The notes beneath the pieces are model-generated. The model was not told where the DNA came from, did not search any database, and saw only the letters and a list, made by a program, of their open reading frames with translations. 64,000 bases of DNA from the human T2T-CHM13v2.0 reference genome, Homo sapiens. Both the position numbers and the translations under genes were made by a program. Below are positions 13,156-26,948 of this stretch, one piece after another (position 1 is the first letter of the stretch; each line of letters begins with the position of its first letter). The stretch lies in the NCBI RefSeq assembly GCF_009914755.1, contig NC_060940.1; one strand, 5' to 3'.

Positions 13156-13317
13156 TTACCACTCATTTTAAATTTTCTGTAGTCTTCCCTGTTTGCTTCC
13201 TGGATCCTTTACATCTTTCTGAGCTGAAGTTGGGTGGTGTATCATTACTCTTCTCTTCCTTTATCACACCCCGCCCCACCCCAGACAGCTTGCCAGAACA
13301 GACCCCTATTAAGGTAC

Positions 13318-13461
13318 CTCAGGAGTTGCCGGCAGCAGGGATTTATCAGTCTCACATATAAAGAAGGGTCCAGATGTTGACAGCAACAAGTTCACGGGCA
13401 GGGTGGAAATGTTCTTTATGGCCAAGGGCTGGTAATCAGGTTTCAGGATACTGTTAGGTTT
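13318..13461 (-). CDS. HYDIN: HYDIN coding exon, ~exon 22 (144 nt, phase 0-0)
   Basis: Acceptor tttttctgtttttgcag|AAA, donor GAG|gtacct; KPNSILKPDYQPLAIKNISTLPVNLLLSTSGPFFICETDKSLLPATPE (translated by hand; not in ORF track). Confidence 0.92.
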
Positions 13462-13574
13462 CTGCAAAAACAGAAAAAGAGGAAACAAATCAACTTATGG
13501 TAAATACAGTAAGCTTTTAGCAACAAGTCTCAGGTTCATTGTTTAGAACAAATTTAGCAATCTTTCTTTTTCTT

Positions 13575-13605
<31 letters not shown>

Positions 13606-13630
13606 GCATATATATGTAGATGTATACATA
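13575..13630. repeat. (TG)n(TA)n microsatellite
   Basis: Direct reading. Confidence 0.9.
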
Positions 13631-13670
13631 CATTTTTCTCCCTTGTAGAACTTTAGATTAATCATGTGGA

Positions 13671-13967
13671 GGCCGGGTGCAGAGGCTCATGCCTGTAATC
13701 CCAGCACTTTGGGAGGCCAAGGCCAGTGGATTACTTGAGGTCAGGAGTTTGAGACCAGCCTGGCCAACATGGTGAAACCCCGTCTCTACTAAAAATACAA
13801 AAATTAGCCAGTCATGGTGGCAGGCACCTGTAATCCCAGCTACTTGGGAGGCTGAGGCATGAAGATCACTTGAACCCAGGAGGCAGAGGTGGCACTGAGT
13901 CGAGATCACACCACTGTACTCCAGCCTGGGTGATAGAGTAGGACTCAGTCTCAAGGAAAAAAAAAAA
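13671..13967 (+). mobile_element. AluSx/Sz
   Basis: Full-length; TSD gat(t/a)aatcatgtgga at 13656-13670 and 13968-13982. Confidence 0.95.
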
Positions 13968-14363
13968 GATAAATCATGTGGAATGATGTATAGTGGACTA
14001 CTGAAAAGTGGACCTACATAACCCAGACAACACAGATTAGATTTTTTTACCCCCTTGGTGCCTAATTGAGAAAACCTACAGAAGCCATGCTTCTGGATAG
14101 AACTATTATTATAGGGCCTTCCACAGTGTCATAAGACAAAGTCTAAAAAGTTAGTTATATCTTATGCATAAATATAGCTATCATTATAATGAATAAAACA
14201 TTTTTCCCTTGTATAATATTTTTCCAGGCTTAAAATACCTGATTTGCCTATATCTTGTTATACTGACAAATGATCAGACCTATTTCCTGTAAACTTTTCC
14301 TGATAATACCAGGATAGTTGATTTAGAAGTATCTTTTTACTCTGTTAGATACATTAGATTTAA

Positions 14364-14663
<300 letters not shown>

Positions 14664-16475
14664 CAGATTTAATTTTTCAACTAGAGAAGGCATCAGAAAT
14701 GAATCTCGAGTTGAGAGTTTCTGGCCAGACTGGATTTTTCTCATTCTGATGTTGGGGCCCACATTATTTCTTGTATTCCCTAGAAAGAGGGTTCTTTAGT
14801 ATCATCAGGGGGTGACCAGGAGCCTCAATCTTTGGCCTCCAAAAAGAACCTCCCTCCAATCATCCCCTGGGTCTTCTGACAACTCTAGTCTGTCTTTCCT
14901 AGGCCTCCTTGTTTTCATTTGCCTTTTCTCTTTGTGCCAATATCAGTTAAGCCCTCCTAATTTCATACTTTGATATGACTCTGTCTTCCAGTTCTATGCC
15001 TAGCACAGTCTTCCTTCCACTGTGGTTCCTGGGTGAGCTCAGGTGACCAGTGTCCCTTGGCTCGAGCCTCATGCCTTGGTTGTACTCTATGAGTCTCCCT
15101 GTGCACTCCCAGGGTGACTTTAGGGATTAGGTCTGGAGTTTACCATGAGATACCAGCCTTTGTTTCCCTCCCTCTAATATGGGGTAGCATGGAAGCGGAC
15201 TCACCTTGCCTCTGCGGGTTGTATACTATGGTTTAGGGAGGGATGAAGCAGTACTCTGGGCCCTACTAAGGCTGCATGGAGAACTGTCCACCCAGTGACC
15301 TTCCCTGAAGGCTGCTGTGTCACTGCAGATGGCTTTGAAGTACAGAAGCCACACTTGGTTGGTTTTGGCAAGAGGCCATTTAGAGGCTACTGATGAGAAG
15401 GAGTCAAGCACAGAGAGGCCATTCTATTTTAAAATGACCCCTTCTCTTTGAGTTGTTCGTCTCTCCAAATATCAGCAGACAGAATGTGCTGCTGGAACTT
15501 CATGAAGAAAAGTGGCTGCTAGTTTCAATTGACCTTTTCAATCCCACAGAGATGTGGTTTCATCTCCGTGGCTTATGAATGGTACGATAGTTATAAAGTA
15601 GACCAAATCTGAGGAAACAGCTATAGAAAAATTCTTCCTATAGACAGGGTTGTTACCATTATATTCTAATGTACCAAATCAGATCCACTGCCCTTGAGCT
15701 GAAATCAGGGAGACAGAACAGATAATTGGATGTTATACAATTAAATCTGAATACTGAGACCTAACAAGTCTCTTGCATATGCTGGGTAATGAAGTTGCAT
15801 TTCTTCATTGTCCCTGATGTGGATTAAATGTGAGCAGGAAATGAAAATGAAAAATACAGTAATAGGACAGATTTCAAACTTCTCATCTTTGTGGGGAAGG
15901 AGAGAAGGGTGGAAAAAAATAAGCAGGGAACTGTAGCTCAATTCACTTTTTGATTGAATAAGAAGTTACCGCCATATTCCAAATATGTACATATTTTAAT
16001 CTAGTAATAAATTCAAACAGTAGACATTTAAATAAAAACATGCCCCCCCAAAAGGCATAAGGATATAAAGAGAAGAAAAAGAGCACTACCCACACATTTT
16101 TATTAGTGTTTATGGGCTTAGAGAAATCTAATAAGAAACTAGGCTGCATATTTAACATATATTACGTCTTGCCCAGAATAGCTATTCAATAAATATTCAC
16201 TGAGTTTTCTCCCAGTAATGGCATTCAGGGAAAATACAATGCCACCAACTTCAGTGCAGCTGTTGCCAATAAATATCTTTCCTGATTACTTAAAAATGAA
16301 GAATTTAAAATAGAGCAATAAAGCTTAATAACTGTAGCAGGAACTCTTGTCGTATTTTCCTTTTACATGTCTCATGGAGCTTGTTGGCTTCGGGTTTAGC
16401 TTGGGTTTCAGTGACGGGAAGCTAAACTAACAATGTCCACCTTCCCCACTCATCTATTAAGCCAAGCCATGGATA

Positions 16476-16778
16476 TTTTATTTTATTTTATTTTAAGTCC
16501 TGGGATACATGTGCAGAACGTGCAGGTTTGTTATATGGGTGTACATGTGCCATGGTGGTTTGCTGCACCTATCAACCCATCATCTAGGTTTTAAGCCCCA
16601 CATGCATTAGGTATTTGTCCTAATGCTCTCCCTCCTCTTGCCCCTGACCCCACGACAGGCCCCAGTGTGTGATGTTCCCCTCCCTGTGTCCACGTATTCT
16701 CACTGTTCAACTCTCACTTATGAGTGAGAACACGCAGTGTTTGGTTTTCTGTTCCTGTGTAAGTTTCCTGAGACTGAT
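16476..16778 (-). mobile_element. L1PA (PA8-PA10-like) 3' end, sense to HYDIN
   Basis: gatacatgtgcagaacgtgcaggtttgtta...ttatgagtgagaacacgcagtgtttggttttctgttcctgtg; (TTTTA)n tail. Confidence 0.9.
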
Positions 16779-17134
16779 AAACCATGGTCTTTGCTGTGTC
16801 TTTTCTGCCTTATATATTGTAGGTGACCGATACACCTGCTCAAAAGTTACTTGTTGATTTGAATTGAACTTGTACCTCTCACCTCTCCTACTGGACCACA
16901 AGCTCTTTTTTTCATCTCCTAGCAGAACATCTTTCCCATGGTGATAATCAACAGATACTAATTTGTTTTAATGAACAAAATATGATGGAATCCACTACCA
17001 AAATAAATGGTCTTGAACATTCTTCTGCAAACCTCCAGGTAATGAAACGAACCCCAGTTGATACCTCATGACTGGTTAGGCACTGCCACACCCAATGTTT
17101 TTGTGTGACAGCAAAGATCACACTGTGGGGCAGT

Positions 17135-17790
17135 GACTTACTTAATGCTTGGTCTTCCCAGCAGGCTGTGAAATTTATCAGGGAGGACTGTTCTCACTGT
17201 TGTATCTCTAGCCCCCAACACTGTGCCTAGCACATGATAGACCTTAATAAACATTCCATTCAGTGGCCAGCATGATGGTTTCAGTGAATCTGACCATGTC
17301 ACTCCCTTCCTGGAAGCCCTCCAATGGCCACCCAGAACAAAACCCAAAGTTCAGATAATGCCTTCCAGGCAGACTGCACGTCTCCAGATGGACTTTTGCC
17401 ATCCTTGGCACATTCTCTGTCCAAGGTGGCCTTTCCTAACTCGAGCCCTTCATGTGAGCTAGTCCCTCTGCCTACAATTCTCTCCCCCTCCCTTGTCACC
17501 AGACTAGATTCTATTTTTACTTGTAGTCTCAACTTGAGGCACTTGCTCAAGAAAGTCATTCATGACCACATGGACGAACAAGATCATGTCTCCTAATACA
17601 TGCCCTCCCAGCACCTTGCACCTCTTCTTAATAGCAATGTTTATAATGGTGACTTCAACAATTAAATTTTAATAATTTGTTTAAAGTCAGCCAGCTTAGC
17701 TTTGGTTATGTTTGTCTGGTTCACTAGATTTCCAGTACCAGCTCAATCCCCAACTCAGAACAGACATTCCTTACATGTCTTGAATGGTAA
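17135..17790 (+). mobile_element. L2 fragments
   Basis: actgtgcctagcacatgatagaccttaataaacatt; aatctgaccatgtcactccc; ccagcaccttgcac. Confidence 0.65.
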
Positions 17791-17949
17791 TTAATTCTGG
17801 ATGGAAGCCTATCTAGGGGCAGGTCAAGCCTATTGTGATATCTCCTCCACCCCATCTCTTCACTATCCTGACCCCCCGCCCTGAGCAGCAGCCACTACCT
17901 TCTCTCCCTTGTCCCCTGACTCTGACATTTACTGTCTACCCTTACGTAG

Positions 17950-18195
17950 AGCCATTTAAGTTAAAGAGTGTGAATCTAATACTTTAAGTTGATTATTCTC
18001 CAGCTTAACCTGTATCTCAGTTTCCTCGTGTGCATCACATCACACGTCATTTCCTTGTGTGATAACAGAACCTGCTGCATACGGTTGTTGTGAGGGACTA
18101 CTGGGTAAATGTATGTAATGAACATGGCTCCATGTCTAGCAAGTACTAATCAATCAGTGGTAGATACTCTTACTGATAATTATAATTATCAATAA
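17950..18195 (+). mobile_element. MIR fragment
   Basis: cttaacctgtatctcagtttcctc...gataacagaacctgc...ggttgttgtgagg. Confidence 0.6.
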
Positions 18196-18531
18196 TTCTA
18201 CTCCAATCCTTCCTCTGCCTTGGGTTTATTTTACCTGATTAAAGTAAGATGATTGACTAAAATGCATATTCAGTGCACTGGAATACCACTTCCTTAGGTC
18301 TTAGACATCAGGAATGATGGAAATAGAATTTCCACAGCAACTTACATGTCAAAGGATTGTAGGTTTAGATTCAGAATTTTTAGTTGAATGTGTACTGGCC
18401 TCTGAAGCTTAAAAAACATGGGCTGAGTAATGGGTGGAAAAGGATGCCCATTAATTCAGCTTTCAAAATGAAAATGTAAACATGCTGACCCTAGTCGAAG
18501 CACCCAGCCCTCGCCAGCACACCTCACTGAC

Positions 18532-18675
18532 CTTCTCCAGTCGGTAGATGAGCTGCTTGGTGGAGAGCTGGATGAGAGGTGCGACGAACTCACAGGTGAT
18601 GTTCACAGCCATCACCAAGCTCTTCCCCTTCTGTGCCCCGATGATGGCGTGGCACACCAGCTTCTCTTTCACTAT
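18532..18675 (-). CDS. HYDIN: HYDIN coding exon, ~exon 21 (144 nt, phase 0-0)
   Basis: Acceptor cttatctcactggcag|ATA, donor AAG|gtcagt; IVKEKLVCHAIIGAQKGKSLVMAVNITCEFVAPLIQLSTKQLIYRLEK. Confidence 0.93.
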
Positions 18676-19014
18676 CTGCCAGTGAGATAAGCCAGCATTT
18701 GGGGAACAACTATAACTTAATACTTACTCAGAATACTTATTTACCCACTGAGAGAAAATGGATTTCCGACTACCTGCCTGGGGACACAAGGAAGAGCACA
18801 CTTTTCTGAACAGCACGTTTCAGGGACTGCTCTTTGTCACATGATTATGTTTTTGTTAGTTACACATGGCCTTGATGGATTCTGTATTTATTTCTGACTG
18901 CCCTGAGGCAGTTAATTTACATTCAGTTCTGGGAGTAAAAACATTGATGAACAAGACAGATAAAATCTTTCATGGGGCTTATAGTTCAAAGGTGGTTATA
19001 TGATTTCTTAATAA

Positions 19015-19376
<362 letters not shown>

Positions 19377-20704
19377 TAAAAATCATGCATTAGGAATTAA
19401 TATTTCTTTGGACTCAAAAAGCCTAGATTTTTATAAAGCAGAAAGGATCAAAAGTGAATTTACAGCATGAATAGGTTATATAGAAGAGTGCTCAGGTTAG
19501 GGATGTTAATGCATTCCAGTCTCTTCTCAATTATGTAGCATGATTTAGAAGAACATTCGGGGATGCTTTTAGTAAAGCTTAAGCTGAGTTTAGTCCCCCA
19601 GCAGCTCAGAATTAATGCCTTCAAAAATATGGACAACTCTTGATAACCACATTATAAATATGCTCTTCCAACAGCTGTCAGTGTCTTGAGATAAGGGCCT
19701 GTGTTCTATTCATCTTTACATCCTCAGTGCCTAGCACAGTATTTGTCACATGGTATACACACAATAAAAGTTGGCTGATCACCTGAATAACAGAGAGAAG
19801 GAACACATTATCTTTTCCACAATGAGAGATAACCTCCCCTTTTGTTGAACTGAGGATGCGTTTTACCTGAAAATGCTCTATGAAGAAATAATCTAATGAA
19901 ATAAAGTAGAATCTGTGACCTTAGAGAAGCTAAGCAAGGGACTAGCTTTCCAGCTGTGTCTACTGGGAGACAAAGTTCTTTTTGCTTCCTATTTAATGTG
20001 GGGAAAAGTCAGTATCACCTCCAAATTTGGCAACACAAGCAGGATCTTAAGCAAGCATCATTTCTCATCTACAAGGTCTGCATTTTGTCGGGAGGGAGAG
20101 ACTCTTAAGTGACTTTGAAAGCCTTTCCTTTAGGTTTTTAATGGTTTCCACACTCTGTGAGAGAATAGGGATAAAGAAACACTCATGATTTGGATCTACT
20201 GAAATGTTTTACGTAGAGTGTATGGAGATCATGTAAATAAAAGCAGGGAATCAGAGTTGCTGAAGATAAATGTGGCTCTTTTATTAATGCATAAAAAGAA
20301 GATGTTTTGAAATGTGAGTTGCAGTCAGGCTGGAAAGAAAGGAACAGGGATGTCCCAATACCTGAATAGGAGAGGCAGCCCAGAGTGTCGATATAAACAC
20401 CCTTTTTGAATGAATATTAAATTCATCCTGCTAAGTGTTAATAGGAGAATTTGCTTTGGCTAAAAACTGGGTGTTTTTCTACCAGAGACTTGCTGGCTGG
20501 TCACTGTGGACCCTGGGCATGAGAACCTCCTTTAAGATTGGGTTCACAGTAGCTACAGAAACAAATTGAAGACTGAGCAGAGCTGCACCCCGAAAGCAAC
20601 GGATGCTACTATGGTAACTCAGGATTGTACACAATCCTTGAGAAACCATATCCTTCCTCAGATAAATGTCAAGGGACTTTCCTAAGAAATAGATACAGTA
20701 GAGA

Positions 20705-20710
20705 TTTATT
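20705..20710 (-). terminator. Candidate intronic poly(A) signal AATAAA after exon-20 read-through stop (second at 20280-20285)
   Basis: tttatt on + strand ~30 nt past the TAG at 20739-20741. Confidence 0.5.
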
Positions 20711-20750
20711 TAGGAAAAAACAATAGCTTCCAAATGTGCTATCCCCTTAC

Positions 20751-21024
20751 CCTGGGAGTAGCAGAATAGCCTTCGAGTATCACATCAATTGCCTGGCCTG
20801 GGTACAGCTCCATGCTGGCGGGGTGGAGATGAAACACGGGGCTCTGTGGATCCCTGGGCTCCTGAGAGCCACTGGGCTGGGGTTGGACATGAGCATGTCC
20901 CTTCTTAACCCGGCCCTTCTTACTCAGCTTGGCCTGGGGTCGGAAGCTATCATTCATCCAGAACAACTGTTGGATCCGACGTCCCTTGTTGATCAACTTA
21001 AAGTGGTAATAGTGGGTATCCAGG
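20751..21024 (-). CDS. HYDIN: HYDIN coding exon, ~exon 20 (274 nt)
   Basis: Acceptor cgtcttttccag|C, donor AGG|gtaagg; (S)LDTHYYHFKLINKGRRIQQLFWMNDSFRPQAKLSKKGRVKK...VFHLHPASMELYPGQAIDVILEGYSATPR. Confidence 0.94.
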
Positions 21025-22020
21025 CTGGAAAAGACGAGGCAGGTGTTGAGAGGATTCCATTTAGGGATGTTCTGTTCAGCTCTACACCCTTGGGATTTAC
21101 TCTTCTGGAAGTATTTAAAATGGTGAGCAACAATATAAGACTTTTTTTTTTTTTTTAAATGTAGGAAGACTAAGTCACGATGCCACTAGGAACTAACACA
21201 GCGTTGGCATCACCAGGTAAGGGGCTGTGGAAAATCTCCACTCCCCGTAAGTCTTCCCCAGCAGGCCTCACACACTGCAGGACACACACAGTTCATGTGA
21301 AAAGCAATCCCATTTAGAAAAATAGCTCTGAGGAGTGAAAGGAAAGCAAAATACCTACTGAAGGAGAAGCGAGTTTCAAGCTGTGCTGAGAAAATTACTA
21401 GTGACTGAGTGGAATGTCCCATAACAATGGGCTCAATTTGAAGGAAGCTTTGAAGAAAAACCATGCATATTCTCTAAGCTTTAACAGAGGCCAGGGGGAC
21501 TGCAATGGGCCAGAACACCACCGGGATTGGTCACCCATCTCAGACTAATGTGCTTTAAAGATGTTGCAATTTCATGTATTCATTTGTTCATCATGCATTC
21601 ATATATTCCACAAATATTTACTAAGAACGTTCCGACTGCCTGGCTATTTGCTAAAAAAAAACCTGGGATTTCTAAGATCTCGGATATGGTTCAAATGTGT
21701 TTTTGTTTGTTTGGGATTTTTTTTTTTCCCCACAGGCTTACTTTAAAATATTTTCTTAGGGAAAAACTCATCTCGGGACTGTTTTTTATTTTTTAAATTT
21801 TACTAGGCTTTGAGATTTCATCCCATCTGTTCCTCCTTAGGAAATGACATCATGCCTGGTAAGTTGAACCATGAAATAAACAATCAGAAGGAATATTTGC
21901 TAGTTGTTAGGTATAACCATTTCTAGCTACATATGTTGTGAATCTGTGTCCACGGGGCACGCTCAAGGGAGCTTCTTTACTTGGTAGTTTATGGCTAACA
22001 GTAGGCTTTTGGGGGAAATA

Positions 22021-22085
22021 ATAAACAACATATACTGTTTATAAAAACCATATACTGTTTATAAAAAACACATACTGTTTATAAA
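22021..22085. repeat. 20-bp tandem repeat x3.2 (ataaaaaccatatactgttt)
   Basis: Units start at 22021, 22041, 22061. Confidence 0.9.
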
Positions 22086-22264
22086 GACTAGGCAGGATGT
22101 CTGTTACTTATTCACAGTATATCTTTCAATCATCACAGCAATCCAGTCATGATAAGTATATTTACTACCATTTTATAGATCAAGAAATGGAAGCTCTGAA
22201 AACCTAAGGGAGTTGTCTAAAAATATGCAATTAGAAGCGGCAGCGTATGGCTATTTCTTTAGAG

Positions 22265-22469
22265 CAGATGTTGGCAAACTTTTTCTTTAAAGGGCTAAAC
22301 AACAAATATTTTAGGCTTTTTGGGCCACACGGTCTCTGTAACAGCTACTCAACTTTCCCTTGTAGTGTGAAAGCAGCCATAGACAATATGTTAAGAAATG
22401 GGCATGGCTGTGTTCCAATAAAACTTTATTTACAAAAGCAGGCAGAGGGTTGTAGTTTACCCAGCCCTG
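22265..22469 (+). mobile_element. MER58A (hAT-Charlie non-autonomous element)
   Basis: cagatgttggcaaacttttt...aaagcagccatagacaatatg...tgtgttccaataaaactttatttacaaaa...ccctg; degenerate 8-bp TSD ctttagag / cttttgac. Confidence 0.85.
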
Positions 22470-23194
22470 CTTTTGACAATTCTTCTGGAGACTGCAGGCA
22501 TAGTGATTTTATGTCAAAAAGTTTAGGCAGAGGGCAAATTAGCAACTAAAGCCACAGTTTGCTTTTATATTCATAGAAAACTGTTAGCTAACCCTCCAAT
22601 TCCATATGTCAGAATATCCTTTGAAGGCTACTTGACACTATTTGTAGATTTAAAAGAACATGTAATTAGGTCTGGTTTGCCACATATTGTTTTCTACAAT
22701 TATATTTGAGTGCACGAAAAGAAATTTGAAACTAGAAGCACTGGTATGCAATGACAAACTACCCTCGCTTACGGCCAATAGACAGGCAGAGAGGACAATT
22801 CTTATATTTAGTCGACTTGAAAAATATAATTGGATACTTGTCTAAAAGCATGCAATTCAACCATGTGACTTGCTTTTTACTTAATTTTCTACTAGTTTAT
22901 GGTATTTTCAATCAAGTCCCATATTTTGTAGATGGAGCAGAGGGAAGGATTCTGGGGAGGGCTCCTAATTGATTAATGTCAGTCACATCTCCAAGCACAG
23001 CATATATGACTTGATTTCAGGGCCTGTGAGCCCAGAAGGCAGGGGGAATACCTTCTGAGATCTGTTCACAGTACTGCAACAGATAAGTTCAAATTCAACT
23101 GGCCCCCAAGAGCCAACTAGTGATGGCGACATGACTCTCCTGAGGAATCAAGAATCCCCACACATACCCTCTACACTTAGCACTCAAACCTCAT

Positions 23195-23880
<686 letters not shown>

Positions 23881-23987
23881 CAAACCTGATTTTTATGTCC
23901 ACATTTAGATTGTTCTGCTCAGAGGTGTCTATACTGTACCACAGCTTATTTAAATATTTAGACCCTCTAGCTTTTCCTGGGTAATCA

Positions 23988-24429
<442 letters not shown>

Positions 24430-24828
24430 CTAGGTATGTTCTGCTTAGGTTACCACTAAGCTGTATCTGTATTTTCTACATTTGTGGAGAGGGATTAACA
24501 GTGTATTGGAATCAAAGAGGAGAAATTACGGTTGAGAGTCTAAATTAATCACAGAGTAGCCAGTTTGAGAAAAGAATGCATTTCCTACAAACCATATTCT
24601 TCTCGGATGTAGAGGGACACGGATTAGAGAATGCAACCAAGTTATGGCTAGAAAATGTCTTCTTGTTGCTGACATACACATCAGGAGGTGGAAGAGTGAG
24701 GATGGGAAAGGAGAGGGACTGAGGTGGCTAGTTTTAATTACTTAAAATAATTTTCTAAAGTAGAGGTGATGCTCAGCATATGTAACATATGTGATATCTA
24801 TAAAAACTGGTCCATGAGATTTCCTTAC

Positions 24829-25067
24829 CTAAAATGTGCCCCCAAATTGAGTTCTGGAGCAAAGGGCTTATCTGAAACAATAGTGGAACCAGTTCCGGAA
24901 GCCTGAACAGGAATCCGATAGGTACTGCTATTTTCAATGTCCAAAATAACACAGTCCTTGAATGTCAGTGTGTCATTCAGGTTGGCGGTCAGTGCCAGTT
25001 GAACATCAGTTTCTGGAGGAACCATGCCTTCATTGGGTTCAATCGTCCAAAGGGATTTTTTGTGTGC
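24829..25067 (-). CDS. HYDIN: HYDIN coding exon, ~exon 19 (239 nt)
   Basis: Acceptor ctcttgtgttgcag|GCA, donor AG|gtaagg; AHKKSLWTIEPNEGMVPPETDVQLALTANLNDTLTFKDCVILDIENSSTYRIPVQASGTGSTIVSDKPFAPELNLGAHF(S); follows a ~28.6 kb intron. Confidence 0.94.
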
Positions 25068-25653
25068 CTGCAACACAAGAGTACAAGTTAACAGGGAAGA
25101 TATTCTTGGCTTTTTGTTCTATAGATGTCAAAGCCCTCTACACTTCAAATGGGTGGCATTGTGGAATTCAACATCAGAGACAAACATTATTTTTTGAATT
25201 AAAGCAGCTGGATGTTTGTTGGTTTTCCTTTTTTTCAAAAAGCAATCTGATTCTGAAGAGCAAACCTACGATTTTACTTTTGAATTCTCTGTGAAGATTC
25301 TTTACATCTCTTTCGCAAGATAACCGTCCAATTCTCAAACAAGCTTATAATTATTATCTACTATAATCTCCAGATTCTGAGATACCAACAGAAGGCACAA
25401 TACTCTTTATGGAGTTTGAAATTTTTATTTTTTATTCTTATTTATTTTTCCTTTTTGTTTTTTTTTTTTTTTGGAGTTTGAAATTTTTAAAAGAAACGTT
25501 TTTCAAATGCAAAATTTCTAGTGTTATAGTGAGGATGAACCAATTTCATTAATATAATATAAGAAGTCATCTGGATTTCTACTAATTTATAATAATTAAT
25601 AATTAGCCTCATCAGAATTTCATTAGCTAAAATTGCAAACTTATTTTGAAATA

Positions 25654-25865
25654 CAGACATGTGTTACTTAATGACAGGGAAACATTCTAAGAAATGTGTC
25701 ATTAGGTGATTTCGTTGCTGTGCAAACATTGTAGAGCGAGACAGTGGAGTCTACTACACACCTAGGCTATACGGTATAACCTGTTGCTCCTAGGCTGAAA
25801 ACCCGTGCAGCATGTTTCTGTACTGAATACTGTAGGCAACTATAACACAGTAATATTTGTATTTC
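25654..25865. mobile_element. Tigger3/MER7 (TcMar) terminal fragment
   Basis: TA|cagacatgtgttacttaatgacaggg...ctactacacacctaggctata...tactgaatactgtaggcaac. Confidence 0.8.
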
Positions 25866-26607
25866 TCAACCTGTCTCTGTTTCTGAGCCTCATCTGCATT
25901 TTCTGTTTGTTGTTTTCTGTGCTTCATTTTTGATGCTTTCTTTTGAGCTCTCTTCCAATTCACTAGCTCTCTCTTCAGCTATGTGTAATATGCTATTAAA
26001 CACATCTATTCTCTCCTTAATTTTGATTTCTGTATTTTTGAATTCAGGTGTTGGTATTTTTGATTTTTATAAGGTTTTCATCTTTTGACAACTTTTATAA
26101 TTCTGACTATGACATTCAACTTACTAGCTACTACAACTAATAATTAGGGACCACTCCTCCTAGCCCCTCCAAGTCTTCTACAAATTTAATGAGCAAATTG
26201 TTTTTGGACTTTTCAAGTAAATATAACAAATACATATTCAACGGCTCTGAGGTCCAGGTGTTGTGGGAAATACATAAACACCCCGAGGAGCTGACAGCAA
26301 TGACATTAGTGAGACCAATATTTCAACAACAAAAATGGAATTCATAAGGAGGCCAGAGTGAAACTACTTCAGGGGAATCTAAAGAACAAGAGCAAAGGAT
26401 GTTGAAACCCTTGGAATGTCTGACAAATGCACCACACACATTTTCTTTTCCCTCCAAATATGAAATTGGGCTTAATTATCAGGTGATGTGATTCCTAATT
26501 ATATTGTACTATATTATTAATACTACTAAAATTCTAATTTGTTTAATTGCCTATATAAACAATTATCTCAAAGTTAATAAAAAGCATCAAAGAAAAAACA
26601 TCCTTTT

Positions 26608-26948
26608 GAATGAGGTCATGTCCTTTGCAGGGACATGGACGGAACTGGAAGCCATTATCCCCAGCAAACAAACACAGGAACATAAAACCAAACACTACAT
26701 GTTCTCACTCATAAGTGGGAGCTGAACAATGAGAACACATGGACACAGGGAGGGGAACATCACACACCAGGGCGTGTCAGGGGTCGGGGGGCAGGGGGGA
26801 GAGCATCAGGAAAAATAGGTAATGCATGCTGGGTTTAATACTTAGATGGTAGGTTGATAGGTGCAGCAAACTACCATGGCACACGTTTACCTATGCAACA
26901 AACCTGCACATCCTGCACAAGTATCCTAGAACTTAAAAGAAAATAAAT
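26608..26948 (+). mobile_element. L1PA (PA10-13-like) 3' end
   Basis: catgtcctttgcagggacatgga...aacctgcacatcctgcac...acttaaaagaaaataaa. Confidence 0.9.

Noticed and set aside
20736-21158. 140-aa + strand ORF
   Set aside because: Antisense shadow of HYDIN exon 20; no independent coding signals.
22021-22085. 20-bp repeats (and the 12-bp repeats at 4221) as a CRISPR-like array
   Set aside because: Head-to-tail with no spacers, eukaryotic intron, no cas genes.
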